Shown here piece by piece: positions 22,084 through 33,209 of a stretch of 64,000 nt of DNA (positions are counted from its first letter, which is position 1; each line of letters opens with the position of its first letter). This DNA is from Amoebophrya sp. A120 (taxonomy: Eukaryota > Protista > Dinoflagellata). The translations under genes and the position numbers were made by a program. The notes beneath the pieces are model-generated. The model had not been told where the DNA came from, made no database searches, and saw only the letters and a program-made list of their open reading frames with translations. The stretch lies in NCBI GenBank assembly GCA_905178155.1, contig CAJINV010000003.1:1793557-1857556 (forward strand), given 5' to 3'.

Positions 22084-23433
22084 TTACTGGTAACAGACGG
22101 GAATTTCCGTGCCCCCCTGCGCCCAGCATCCGTCCGCGCCGTCGTCCCCGTCGGCTGGCGTACTCAGTGGCGTTCTGAGGAACCGGACAGCGCCGGGCGT
22201 GAAGATGTCCCGCCCCGCATTTGCGGCCTCTGACGTTTGCTCCATTTCTTGGACGACTGTGGACGGTGGGGGTTTATGTTTGGAGTGGTCCGCCCGAGAT
22301 GTCGCCGCGCCAACTGCTTTTATTTGTGGTCCACGAGATGTTCCCGAGCCACGTCTTGGACGAGGACCTTCGAAAACCTGCTTTCCGTGCAGAGCGTTCC
22401 GGCTTGCATTGGCGTCCATGGGATGACGACCGCGACGGGAGTGCGTTTCTGATCCGTTAGACGGTAGGTAGACCGAATACATCTCCTCCTCGTCGTACAT
22501 CATGTCCACATCGTGCTGGCCGTTGTAGAAGCCTGGACTGCTGTTCGCTTGATTCCGACTCGCAGTTGGAAAGGGTTCCTTGGTTGTCGTGGTCAAGCCA
22601 GCATTAGTCTCGTCAGCATCGGCAAAGTAGGGAACGATGCGCATGTGGAAACTGAGCGCCACCTGTCCCGCAATGTGTGGGTTCTCCAGACTCAACGCGT
22701 GCGCGCGAAAGGGCTGGCTGACCAGGATCGACTCCTGTTGGATTCCTTCCAGCTTGGCATGCACGTAGCCCAAAGCGGACAATCGGACCAGCTCTGCGCA
22801 GTGAAGGGTGCTAAAAGCGACGAGAAAAGCGCCGACCGGCGGCAAATTCGTTTTGCCGAGATTGTTTTTGTTTTCCGTGAGCAGATCAGCGGTAGTAGAA
22901 CAATTTCTACCCGCTTCATCAGCATCCGGCTTCTCATCATCGGTCACGTTGGGATTTGCGTCGAGTGCAGTTTCAGCGGAAGTAGCATCCTCATTTGGAG
23001 TGTTATCTATCATCTCTTCCGGCACTTCGACTCCGCCCCGCGGGAGCGCGAGCAGAGCAAGCCGCAAGTCAAAGTCCGTCGAGTATTTCAGCTGCACGTC
23101 AATTTCGCTGGAAGCAAGATTCGACGGCGCGTGTTCGTAGTCCTCTAAGTCGACAGGGGGACCAGAGCTGGATGCAGCTCGGCGCAGCGTGACACGATAC
23201 CCGGTCTCAGAAAGCTCGAAGATCAAAGCTTTCCCACGGCCACCAAAATCCAGGACGCGCTTTTGGTCAAACGTGGCGTTGTCCAGTGCAATCAGAACGG
23301 GCGGCAAATTCAGCCAGGACACCTGCAGAACCGGTTCACAGTCGGCCAGCCGGTCCGAAGCCAAAAAGGCCTCGGGGAGGAGCATCCGATCGAATACCAA
23401 ATCCAGCGACAGCAACATCTTGAGGTCAGGCAA
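22084..23433 (-). CDS. MAP10/DUF4497-like protein (C2-like N-terminal domain)
   Basis: LLSLDLVFDRM..PVLQVSWLNLPPVLI..FGGRGKALIFEL..IAGQVALSFHMR resembles MAP10 (LFSLELLV..FRLLDFP..FGRGKSCLF). The true start may be ATG at ~23418. Confidence 0.5.
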   Translation of the reverse strand: MPDLKMLLSLDLVFDRMLLPEAFLASDRLADCEPVLQVSWLNLPPVLIALDNATFDQKRVLDFGGRGKALIFELSETGYRVTLRRAASSSGPPVDLEDYEHAPSNLASSEIDVQLKYSTDFDLRLALLALPRGGVEVPEEMIDNTPNEDATSAETALDANPNVTDDEKPDADEAGRNCSTTADLLTENKNNLGKTNLPPVGAFLVAFSTLHCAELVRLSALGYVHAKLEGIQQESILVSQPFRAHALSLENPHIAGQVALSFHMRIVPYFADADETNAGLTTTTKEPFPTASRNQANSSPGFYNGQHDVDMMYDEEEMYSVYLPSNGSETHSRRGRHPMDANASRNALHGKQVFEGPRPRRGSGTSRGPQIKAVGAATSRADHSKHKPPPSTVVQEMEQTSEAANAGRDIFTPGAVRFLRTPLSTPADGDDGADGCWAQGGTEIPVCYQ

Positions 23434-24035
23434 GCTGCCAGTGTAGCCCAGTAGAATTCAATTATGGGTAGTTGTACAGCTGTTCTGCTAATAGCATCTT
23501 TCAAACGTCGTTCTTGGTGTTGCAGATACGAAGTGAAAAGTCGTGTCAGCGTTCTCCGAATTGTGCCATGCGCATGCAGCTGCTCCAGACAAGAATATAT
23601 AGAATTACGATTTCAGTGCGTGTTTGCCTTTCGAAACCTCTTCTCGCTAGAAATCGCTCTTGTCTAGCACACGTAATATCTAGAAATAAACGTTTTTTTC
23701 TAGCCGGTGGACAGGAGCCAGAGCCACAGAAGGAAGATAGCCTTCACTCCCGGTCCCGACTGTGCTGATGCTGTATTTTTTTTGTCTTGAAGCAGTACAG
23801 GGCACTCGCATGATTCCGCATTTGCCTTTTTTCTTGGCGCTCGCAGCTGCGACGTCAGTATGGTTTGCAGACCACAGCGACAAAGAACATAGAACACGAC
23901 ACCCATTATTTGCTCAGGCCAGGAAGTGCGCTCTTCACCACACATTTCACTCCCTAACAAAGAGAGGACTTTTGGTGTTGCTTTCTCCGGTTTCATGATT
24001 CCGAATGCTCTGCTGCGATGCATCTTTTTCTTCCG

Positions 24036-27000
24036 CTAGAAAAACCTTCTGAGCAGCCTCGCTTTCATTTTGTTCATTTTCTCGTTGAATGTGACATTTG
24101 GCAACCGGTAGCCCCCTTTTTGGACTTGCGCGCGGTGATATAGGAGAGTGTTCCCGAACAGAATCGCGGAAAGGGAAATCAGAGCGCTTTCCGGTGACAG
24201 TTGCTCGGCAAAGTATCCCGTCAGCGAGGCTCCCAACAAGTATCCCAGGTCGTTTGACGTCCTCAACATCGACAGGGCCTGTCCACGCTGCACCTGTGAG
24301 TGAGTTTCTTGTTCAAAATCTCATGCGACGAAATTCAAATTGAAATCAACAAATTACTAGCATCCTTGCTTCCGATGCAGACACAAAACCGACACAACCC
24401 ACAGCAAAAAACAGCTTGTGACAACAGGAAGAAGTAAATACCGGGGACACCATGTCGCTGACGAGCGAGTTCGGCGCGGCTCCGTAGGCTGCACTCCCGA
24501 GGCCCCAGAGCGCGAAGATCGCGACCGCGCTGGAGTCCAAACCGTGATGCAAGAACGGCAGGAGGGCCATGGCGGCGCCCATGGCCAGCGTACCGCCGAC
24601 CAGCACCTTCTCCTTCCCGACCGTATCGCAAAGAAAGGCTATCGGTGGCCCGGATAACACCTGGATACCGGCCATGCCCGCAAACACGAGTCCCGTTTGC
24701 CCGACGTCCAGGCCAAACTGGGGCCCAATCAAAACGAGCGGCAACACCGTGGCGTGTCCACCGGTATGAGAGTGGTGCACGACCCTACTAGCTACTACCT
24801 GCTGCCCGTCATTTCATGGAATGTATCACGAACAGCGACAGACAGCAGCTGACTCACATGTAAATGCTCTGCAGCTCGTTCTTCTGGACAAATACACGTG
24901 TAAGTCTAAGTTCCGTACGCGGTGCATAATGTTGATGACCGGGGGCTCGGATCATCAACATCATGCAAGGAATTGCTAAATAGAGCTAGAGGGGAGATAG
25001 CAAAAGGCAAAATCTGGCTTAGATGAGCTTGTAATATATTTTTGCGAGAGAAATGCGGAGCAAAAAAATCATGTTGGTTCGTGCACTATCATAACCGGCG
25101 GAGCTGATCCAGAAGGCCCCGCTCAGGACCAGTAGGTCTTTCAACCGCGCGTTGTCTTGCCACAAAGTTCGCCAGTGGCTGACCGCCTCGCGCATCGCGT
25201 CTTTCATGGAACCGCCAAGCAACTTCGGTGCTGTCTCCACGATGAGAACTTGATTCGCTACCATGAGGACCATGAACGTGGACCCGACGGCCAGGAACGT
25301 GGGCTCCATACCGATGCGGGAAACCAGCAGTCCCCCAAGCGCCGGGCCCATCGCAATGCCGGCGTTGAAGGCGACCTAGAATCAAGAGCACCGAGAGATT
25401 TTGAATTTGTTCAGCCACAACCTGGCTGAAGAACCATAACTGATGAATCCCTCTATCCAAACTCATCTCGCAGACTACACTTTTGCTTTTCCGCCCATAA
25501 CTTTTAGTATCATCAGTACCCCAACTGGCGCGATGGTTCGTGTCATGTTCAACTTTGTCCCGAGGTCCATCATGCTCATAGATGCGGAGGAGGTCAACGC
25601 TGCGACGCAGCCTCCGACCAACATGCGCGAAAGACACATTTGCTCGAAGCTGGTTGCGAACGCCAAACTACCAAAGGCCACCCCCACGATCCCAGTCGGC
25701 ACGACGAAGAACGGCTTGCGCCCGTAGCGCTCCACCAAGAATGCAGCAGGGATGTTGGCGACTATCTTCGTCATCTGAAATAAATTCAAACTCATTCCGC
25801 ACGAATTTTGGGTGGAATAAGAGGCATTGATGATCATGTGACGTTTAGTTTTCGCCATGCAATGCTATTGCTAAATGACGCAGACGCTTACGTATTGATT
25901 GTGCTAGATCTAGAGCTAGACGCCAAATCCACTAAAAGCAAAAGATTCGGAAGCAATGGCGTCGTTGTAGCTGACCAGCAGTACTTCCCTGCCAAATAAT
26001 CTGTACCGCGAACGACGCGATGTAGATTCCGAACTGCGCTTTGGAGAGGGCGAGCTTTTCCGCGAGAAAGGGGATCACGGGCGTGAGGATGCCCAGCGTC
26101 GCGCCGGTCATGAAGCACGAGAACGCGATGGGATAGACGCGGTGGTCGACCTTTTCCGCCAAGCGCAAGATGGTTTTGGTCCACTGGTCCCGACTGATCC
26201 GGGGCTGCCCATTCTCGGTAGAATCGGTGGACACGCGGAAGACATCCAAGATCCGCTGCGTCAGCCGGTGGTCTTCCTCCTGCGTCTTCTTGGAAGTCTT
26301 CTGCAGCCGCTTCACCAGCTCCCGGATTTCGGGTTCGGTTAGGTACCCGTCGTCATCTGCATCCAGTTCGTCAAAGCGCTCCCGTATCTCCCGAGAGGAG
26401 AACTCCACCAGCCCGAGGGACTGGAACATGTTGGCCTGAATCGGTTTGCGGTTGAAACTCTGCAAGTAGCTGACCAGGGACGTTGGCGGCCGGGGGTACG
26501 GGCGTTTGTTTTTCGGCGGCGCGGCCGGGATGCGGGTGCTCTTTTGCCGCTTCGGAGCAACGCTTGTTGCAGGCACAGCTTTAGAAGTGCTGAGCGGGTT
26601 TTCGGCTGATGCCTTAGGCGGCCCGGCGGCGTTCTCCTTGTTTCTCGTCGACGGATTCGATGCCCCTGAAGTGTTCTCAGCAGAAAGCGCTGCAGCAGGT
26701 GCAGAGTCCTGCTTTGAAGTGGCGACACCCTGCTCGTTCGGTGCATTTTCACCGACATCAGCTTCAGCTGGCGCTGCTGGCTCTCCTCCAGCATCCTGCT
26801 TCCCTGGTGCAGTGTCTTTTTCGCGAGTAGTTGATGCGCTGAAAGTTCTTCTACCAGATGAAATGCAACTGCATCTTCTGGCATCCACAATTTTCTTGCC
26901 ACTGCAGTACGAGCGCGAGGGCACGTCTCGCGCTGCTGTAGTGCAGACCCTTGCTGAGGCGGCCGTGCGGTCGAAGATTGTGATCGCTCGGATGGCGGTC

Positions 27001-27164
27001 GAGTGGCAGCAAAAAAGTTCGCCAATCGGTCGTGTCGGTCCTCTGGTGACCGGCTGAGTCGTTCCTGGCCGTAGCGCGAAACGCCCAGTTCCAGATGGCG
27101 CGCTGCAAAGCAATTGTACTCTTGCTGTGGCATGATTTCTGTAGTACCAGCTACGAGCATACAT
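24036..27164 (-). CDS. MFS transporter (DHA1/Tet-like) with N-terminal transit-like extension and EF-hand; 5 exons, 756 aa
   Basis: Exons 27164-26007, 25774-25520, 25375-25096, 24761-24442, 24293-24036 sum to 2271 nt in frame. MFS motif A twice (LVERYGRK; LCDTVGK), RMLVG, GPALGG, RGQALS, GYLLG. EF-hand DADDDGYLTEPE. Three GT-AG introns plus one non-canonical intron. Confidence 0.85.
24765..25093 (-). mobile_element. TIR element acting as non-canonical intron (introner) in the MFS gene
   Basis: Plus-strand ends TATGAGAGTGGTGCACGACCC ... GGTTCGTGCACTATCATA (imperfect inverted repeat). ACCGG direct repeat at 24760-24764 and 25094-25098. Removing 334 nt gives FWISSAG|GHATVLPL. Confidence 0.8.
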
Positions 27165-27653
27165 TTGTGGAATTCAGACGCACATTGCATGTCTGCACCC
27201 GTCGATCCTGATCACCGAATCCTCTCTGAAGGACGACAAAAGCTATGGCTTTCTTGCTGTCTTGGTCCCACTCCTGGCAGCCTGGATCAGAACTACTTGA
27301 ACTTCAACTCTTTCTGCTTACATCGACGATCCATTTTTTCGACATGATCTATTCCCGAGATTACCGCTTGAGCTCCAGTGTCATGACCGAGAGAGAACTT
27401 GAAACGAGATCTTCAGAGGACTGCAGAAACGCTTCTACAACAGAAACCAGAAGCCCAGCTGCAACACCAACACCCCGTTGATTATCAAGGAAACATAAAC
27501 AACTCCTCTCCAGACGTAGTTGCTTGCCAGGTTCTGCCTAACTTTGAAATGACAGTACTGCTGCAACAGGATAGACACCTGTTCTGTTAAGAGCGGTTTG
27601 AGTCAACATGCTTTTTGAACGAAGTAAAAGTTGTCTGTGGTGCAACGGGGATT

Positions 27654-30418
27654 TCATTTCTCGTTGATCCGACCAGCGAAAAGCGAATGCGCAGACGAAG
27701 TGCCAGCATTCGCCGAAGCTTTCGCATGACTTGCTGCTCGCGCGCCAAAAATGGACGTGGAAACCGGCACTGGTTTAGCGTTTGGCGATGGCTTTGCAAA
27801 CAGGCTCGATTCCTCGCTGTTGATGCCCCGAGCGAGCTGTTGAATCGTCTGGTGAATGATTTTTTGTTGGTCCCGCTGCGACAGCTTCTGAAACTCCGAG
27901 GGCATTTGCGCCATCGGCTTCATGTTCATCGTTCGTGGCACAGCTGCCTGGACTTGTGTTTGGTTCAGGTGGTGCACCGCTGTTGATGCTGGTGGCCCTG
28001 CCTCGGCTCCTATATGCTTGGGCTGCGATGATTTTCGCTCATCCGCTTTCAGTTCTGAGCCTCGAGGGTCTACTGGTCTCGGACGCGGCGCTGTCCCTTT
28101 TTCGTCCGATACTAATACTCAGGGAAAATTTGTCACCGTCACCGTTTTGGCATATTCATTTTTTGAGCAAAAAAATTTGAATTTCTGCTGGCTTTGTATG
28201 CGTGTCCGTGTCTGCCACATGTTGCAACTGCGGCAAGCTAGCTACTGCGTTTCAAGCGCGCTGACCTAGCTCGCTGAAGGTAGTCCCGAAATATCCCAGA
28301 ACGGCGCTGCCGTTATACAGGCCAAAGCCGCGGCTCGTCCAGAAGGTCCTTGGCTGGGAGGCTGTCTACTGACACTAGAGCAACCAGATTTCCGTCCGCG
28401 GAGGATCGGAATACTGCGGCTGGTCTTGCTGGGTTGCCCCTCAGCATCTCGGGCACATCTTACTCCTTGACGAAAGACCTTCAGCAAAGGACCTCCACAA
28501 CCCGTGAAAAAAAGGCAAACTTTTAAGCAAATTAACCGACGACCCGGTGACAAATCTCGAAAATCGTGCATTTTGCACGGTATGGTGGACTATGGGAGCC
28601 CAAAAGCGGAACTGGTGACAAATGCCCGAAATTTTGCATTTTGCGCGGTATGGTGGACGATTGCGCACTGATCAAAAATTCTTGCAGCTGCAAGAATTTT
28701 TGGTCCGTGCGCAATCGTCCACCATACCCTGCAAAATGCAAGAATTTGCTGATTTGTCACCAGTAACAAATCTGGCTCGGAAACGTCCACCATACCGTGC
28801 AAAATGTAAAATTTCTGGGATTTGTCACCAGGTGGTCGTTAAATTTGCTTAAAATTTTGCTGCTTTTTTCTGGGTTCTGGAGGTCCTTTGCCGGAGGCTT
28901 TTAGTCAAGGAGTGACAAGGGCCCGACATTCCCAGGAGCAACCCAACATCACAAGCCGCACCATGCAGAAGCCCCCCCAGCAAGGATCGAGCCCCTATGC
29001 GCCAGCAGCCAGCCTCCTCGCAACGGGCCTTCTGGAGCCGCGTCTTCGGTCTGTACGACGGCAAAGCCATTCCGGGGCGCTTCTGGATTGTGTTCAACTA
29101 CACGGGCCACCATGCTCGAAGTGTAATGCCTCGCGGGCCACATTTGCAACAACTGATCAATACGGGCATGTGTGGGATATCAGGAAAAAATCAATTTTTT
29201 TGGGTCGGAAAATGAATATGCCAAAACGGTGACGGTGACAAATTTTCCCTGAATAACTAATACGTCAGTATCATGTGCTGGCGGCTTGAAGAGTGAGGCT
29301 AATCCTGCCATCGGCCGTGAAATCGGGTTCGTTGTCGTTGTACTTACCGCGGATGCGGCAGCCGCAGGTGCAAGTGCGGGTCCGGGCGATCCAGCGACAC
29401 GACGCATGGGTGCAGGACCGAACCCACCAGGTCGCGAGGGAAAATTGGCAGCATTCACTTGCTTCACCTGTCAGACAAACGATTCATTCGAAGTAGCTTC
29501 CGAACAATTCATTACTCCAAACAAACGAGAGTCCAAGTCCGCATTTCATCAGACACTCCAAAGCAAACAGTTGATAGATTAGATATGCATCAATTCGAAT
29601 TCCAACTTCACGCACCGGAACAAGTACTTACCTCAGCTGCTGCAGATGAGGATGCTACAGATGCAGCCAGAAGAGGCGTCTGTCCGGCAAGTGGTGGACT
29701 CGAGGCGAGACCATTCTTGATCCCCGGTTCTGGATTCGCGCGTCCGGTGCCATATTGGTCTCGAGTATGACCTGCAGAGAATCCGGTACGAGCAGCGACG
29801 ACCACATCAGGGCCAGGCGTGTTAAGCGGCTTCCTCTGCAGCGCCCCTGGTCCGTCTTGTTGCGCCTCCTCCGCTCCTCCTGTTTTCAAACGCTTCGCGG
29901 GCCGCAGTTGCTCCTGAATTGCTCCGTTGAGTGCATCTTTCACCACATTTTGAAGAGGGAAAAATGTACAGCGAAGCCGAAAAACGGGTGACGGTGCTAT
30001 GCAAACAAAACCATAGTCATAGAGAACTCTATTTTTTGAGTTTGCAAAGGTCACCTACAGTCTGTGGAACAGTTAAGTACAGTATCACCCTGTAGTTTTC
30101 CGCGCGATCGCACATTTGAACACTTTCATACTTCATATCCAGTATTATCGGTGGGAAGGTCCCGAGAAGCATCGTCTTCAGGTCCTCGAGCTGTAGAATG
30201 CTGTCCTGCAAATTTCGTTCCAGCTCTTTCTTGATTTCGATGTACGCTTTCTCGCGAAACTCCGTCTCGACCGCACTGCATGCTGACGTAGTGGTTGACG
30301 ACGGGAAGCTCGTGGCTGTTGGTAGAGACGAGGACGAGCTCGAGCCGCTGGAACCTCCGCCACTTGATATGCTGGTCAGGATCGCGTTCGGGTTGAACAA
30401 CCCGGCACAGCTGTTCAT
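27654..30418 (-). CDS. Hypothetical protein (~465 aa), 4 exons, interrupted by the fold-back element
   Basis: Exons 30418-30055, 29996-29632, 29467-29256, 28110-27654 sum to 1398 nt in frame. Intron 29468-29631 is GTAAGT..CAG. The intron-1 boundary is less certain. Confidence 0.65.
28116..29255. mobile_element. 1.14-kb fold-back (whole-length palindromic) TIR element / introner
   Basis: Perfect ~44-bp TIR TCAGGGAAAATTTGTCACCGTCACCGTTTTGGCATATTCATTTT, with its reverse complement ending at 29252. ACTAA direct repeat at 28111-28115 and 29256-29260 (extends to ACTAATAC). Arms stay complementary to the centre at 28687/28688. Confidence 0.92.
28546..28830. repeat. Core of the fold-back: two ~68-bp tandem units mirrored around a perfect palindrome
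   Basis: GGTGACAAAT...TGCATTTTGC(A/G)CGGTATGGTGGAC at 28546 and 28614, with inverted copies on the right arm. Centre AAAAATTCTTGCAGCTGCAAGAATTTTT. Confidence 0.9.
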
Positions 30419-31244
30419 CTTGTTGCACTTCTACTTTTGTATTTCAGAAATTAAGAATGACCACGTGAATGACGAAGCAGACGGAGACGACTAAAGGAGC
30501 TTCTACTTTGGTTGTGTAGCTCCCGGGCTGGCACAAAGGTGTAAACGCACCACTGTTTAGAAGGGCAAGAAGTTGCTTGGATTGAACTACACCAGTAGGT
30601 GGCCTAAGAGACTGACTTTCGTCCTCGCAATCCCTGAACGAAGTCCAACTGAAAGAAACTGACGATAAGGGATATCGAGGACAAATCGAAACTCGACGAA
30701 AAAAGGGTAAATCAAAACTCAAATTACTGGACAACTACGAAAATCAAGAATGTACAAGTAGTGGGCGAGAACAGCGGGTACACAAAAAATGCATAGTCAC
30801 CACATCAAGTCATGGCTTCCACTAGCACGACTGGCACTCGTCAGTCACCGTCGCAAGTAGCGGACTTGCTTTGTGTTCCTTTTACACTTATACTTAACCT
30901 TGTTCTTGTCTTTTTCCAAATTTTTGCTATTCAATAGCAATTTAGAGGAGGTCCGAGGTCGAGGTCACACTAACAATGAATTGAGCAATTCACACAAGGT
31001 TTGCATTGCGATTGGTAGTTGTTTCAAGTGCTACAACTAACACGAAGGTATGTTGTCGCTTTCCTTTTGTTCTTTTCTCGTTCCGTGGTTTTCGCCCAGC
31101 ATTACAAGTTCCTTTCGTTCCATAGTAAGTACCACAGTCCACTTTTGCTTGTTCGAGCCAGCGCAGCCGCTGTTCGTTTTTTTACAAAAAACTCACAAGG
31201 AAGATGAAATTTGGTTTTTCTAGGGAGCTCTATTCGGGTTTGCT

Positions 31245-32475
31245 TTACTTCTTCTTCATCACGACCATCTTGGGCTTGGTTTGCTTGGCGTTGGCATTCG
31301 TAGTTTTCGCCGTCTTGCTATTATTTTTCGTGTTTTTCATGTTCATCTTGTTGGCTCCATTCTTCTTCATCACGACCATCTTGGGCTTGGTTGTCGTGGC
31401 GTTCTTGGCATTCATTTTCGCCGGCATGCTATTGCTTGTTTTCGTCTTTTTCTTGTTCATCTTGCTGGCCGCCCCATTTTCATTTTTTCCCCCGCGTTTT
31501 GATTTTTCTCTACCTGTTGGTTGTATTGATGATCTTGGTCATGCACAACTTGTTAAGGTGTGATCGTACAATGAGCAACTCGCAACAGGAAAGCGAGTTC
31601 TTTGTGCTTGTATTCCTTTCTTGTCCATACGCCGTTCCTGTGTAGTCCGCATCGCACTCGCACAAGATTTTAAAAAAGCACTCATAATGGAAGGACTTAT
31701 CTATCACGACCGGCTACGCAGTGGCAATACGGCCGAGAACAAAGGAAAGCCGGCCTTTTTAAAAAAACACTGCACAAGTACTAGCCGCAATACCAATGCC
31801 ATCGCTTCCTCAGGCTCTTCGTCCTCGGCCTGCTCTGCGTCCTTCTTTTTTCCATGATGCGCTTTCCACTCGCGGAGGAGCAGGTCCGGGTCGATCTTCG
31901 CCGCCGCCTCGTCTTCGCCGCAAAACTCGCCAGACGTGACATATTTGTAGGAGTCGAGGTAATCGAGGCGGTCCTCAACCCACTTGGTTTCGTTCTCTAC
32001 TTCAGCTTTCTTCCGCCCCGCTACACTGCGCGCCAATTTTGCCAAGCCATCGCTAAGCACCTGAAAGTTTTTGCCTTTTGAATCCGAGCAGAAGAATTCG
32101 ATTTGATGTCATGGAGTTTCTCAATATCATGGCGAGATGAGCTATGATAAGCAAACGAAAGATCCGGGTCTAGAGCATGAAAAGCAAAAGCGACACATTA
32201 CCTCATAAATCTTCTCGACCGGAAACCCACACGAGCTCATTACTCCTCTGTCATGAATGTGCGAGCACACGTTCAGCACGATATCAATTTTGCCTTGGAG
32301 GCTTAGCACCTTCCCCGCTTGCTCCAGCGCCTTTTCGTGGAGGCGGTAGAGCGGATAGCGCATCCGGGAAAACAAACCACTTTTGACGCTCCACACTTCG
32401 TCTTCATAGAGATCGAGCCACGCCTCGATCTCGTTTTCCGAAGCGTCTTTTTTTAACGCTTTCATGTTGATTCCC
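31245..32475 (-). CDS. Multi-exon hypothetical protein, probably ending in a Lys/Met/Asn/Thr-rich basic tail
   Basis: Exons ~32475-32202 and 32060-~31794 are joined by GT-AG intron 32061-32201 (KIYE|VLSDG). Last segment ~31513-31245 (KMNKKKTK..KPKMVVMKKK). Phase of the last junction and the 5' exon are unresolved. Confidence 0.5.
31251..31470. repeat. 111-bp (37-aa) imperfect tandem duplication in the basic tail
   Basis: CTTCTTCATCACGACCATCTTGGGCTTGGTT at 31251 and 31362. Confidence 0.8.
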
Positions 32476-33209
32476 TGCGGTCACGGGGAAATGAAATGGT
32501 GGTCAGGAGCTACGGTACAACAAATAGGTCTATTGTTTTGTTTTTTTTTCTTTTGGAACGATATACACGACAAAGGAATGCTCAACATGAAGTATGGGCG
32601 GCGATACTCTTTTGCATAAAGATTAGATGTAGATCATGGCATGTTGTTGGCACGGCGTTTTAATCAGCGCACCACAATTGTGTGCGGCGTTGATTCTATT
32701 TCGAGGCACGTTTGAGCTAACGAGTGGTGCTGCGTCCCCCATACGAAAAACAATGGCAGACCGACACCGACGATCGTCGTGTTTATACTTTGGAAAACAT
32801 GATCAGTCACAATCAACCGAGATCGAGAAACCATATTTGTAGAAGATTTGTACGCTCATATTCATCATGGTCCCTGCTAGGTAGTAACACGAAACAAGAT
32901 CCCGGACCCAGCTGTTCCCCTGAACCCAGCTGAAGATAAGCCGACGTAGTCCTGAGTGTGCCGCCGAAACCCAAACCTGGACCGATAGGGAATGCAGAGA
33001 CTTCCCTAGTACAAGCGACACGTCGTGCTCGTGATCGATTTCAGCACGGACACGCACACGGAGCACATCTCGTACGAAGGAAAACGACCGGCGCGAACAG
33101 GTTCTATTTTTCTCCGATTTTGGATTCTTGCGCTAGAAACTCGGTTTCAAATTTCCTTTATCGCCGTCATTTGCGTATTGAAATGTAGGTCCCTCCTTCA
33201 GGTCGTGCT

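Noticed and set aside
28546-28830. Repeats resembling a CRISPR array or iterons
   Set aside because: Only two units per arm, in inverted arrangement, inside a eukaryotic intron, with no cas genes.
28266-29232. Small ORFs inside the fold-back as a possible transposase
   Set aside because: Short, mirror-image products of the palindrome; no DDE or other transposase motif seen.
31204-31563. Very hydrophobic plus-strand 119-aa ORF
   Set aside because: It is the antisense of Lys/Asn-rich codons on the minus strand.
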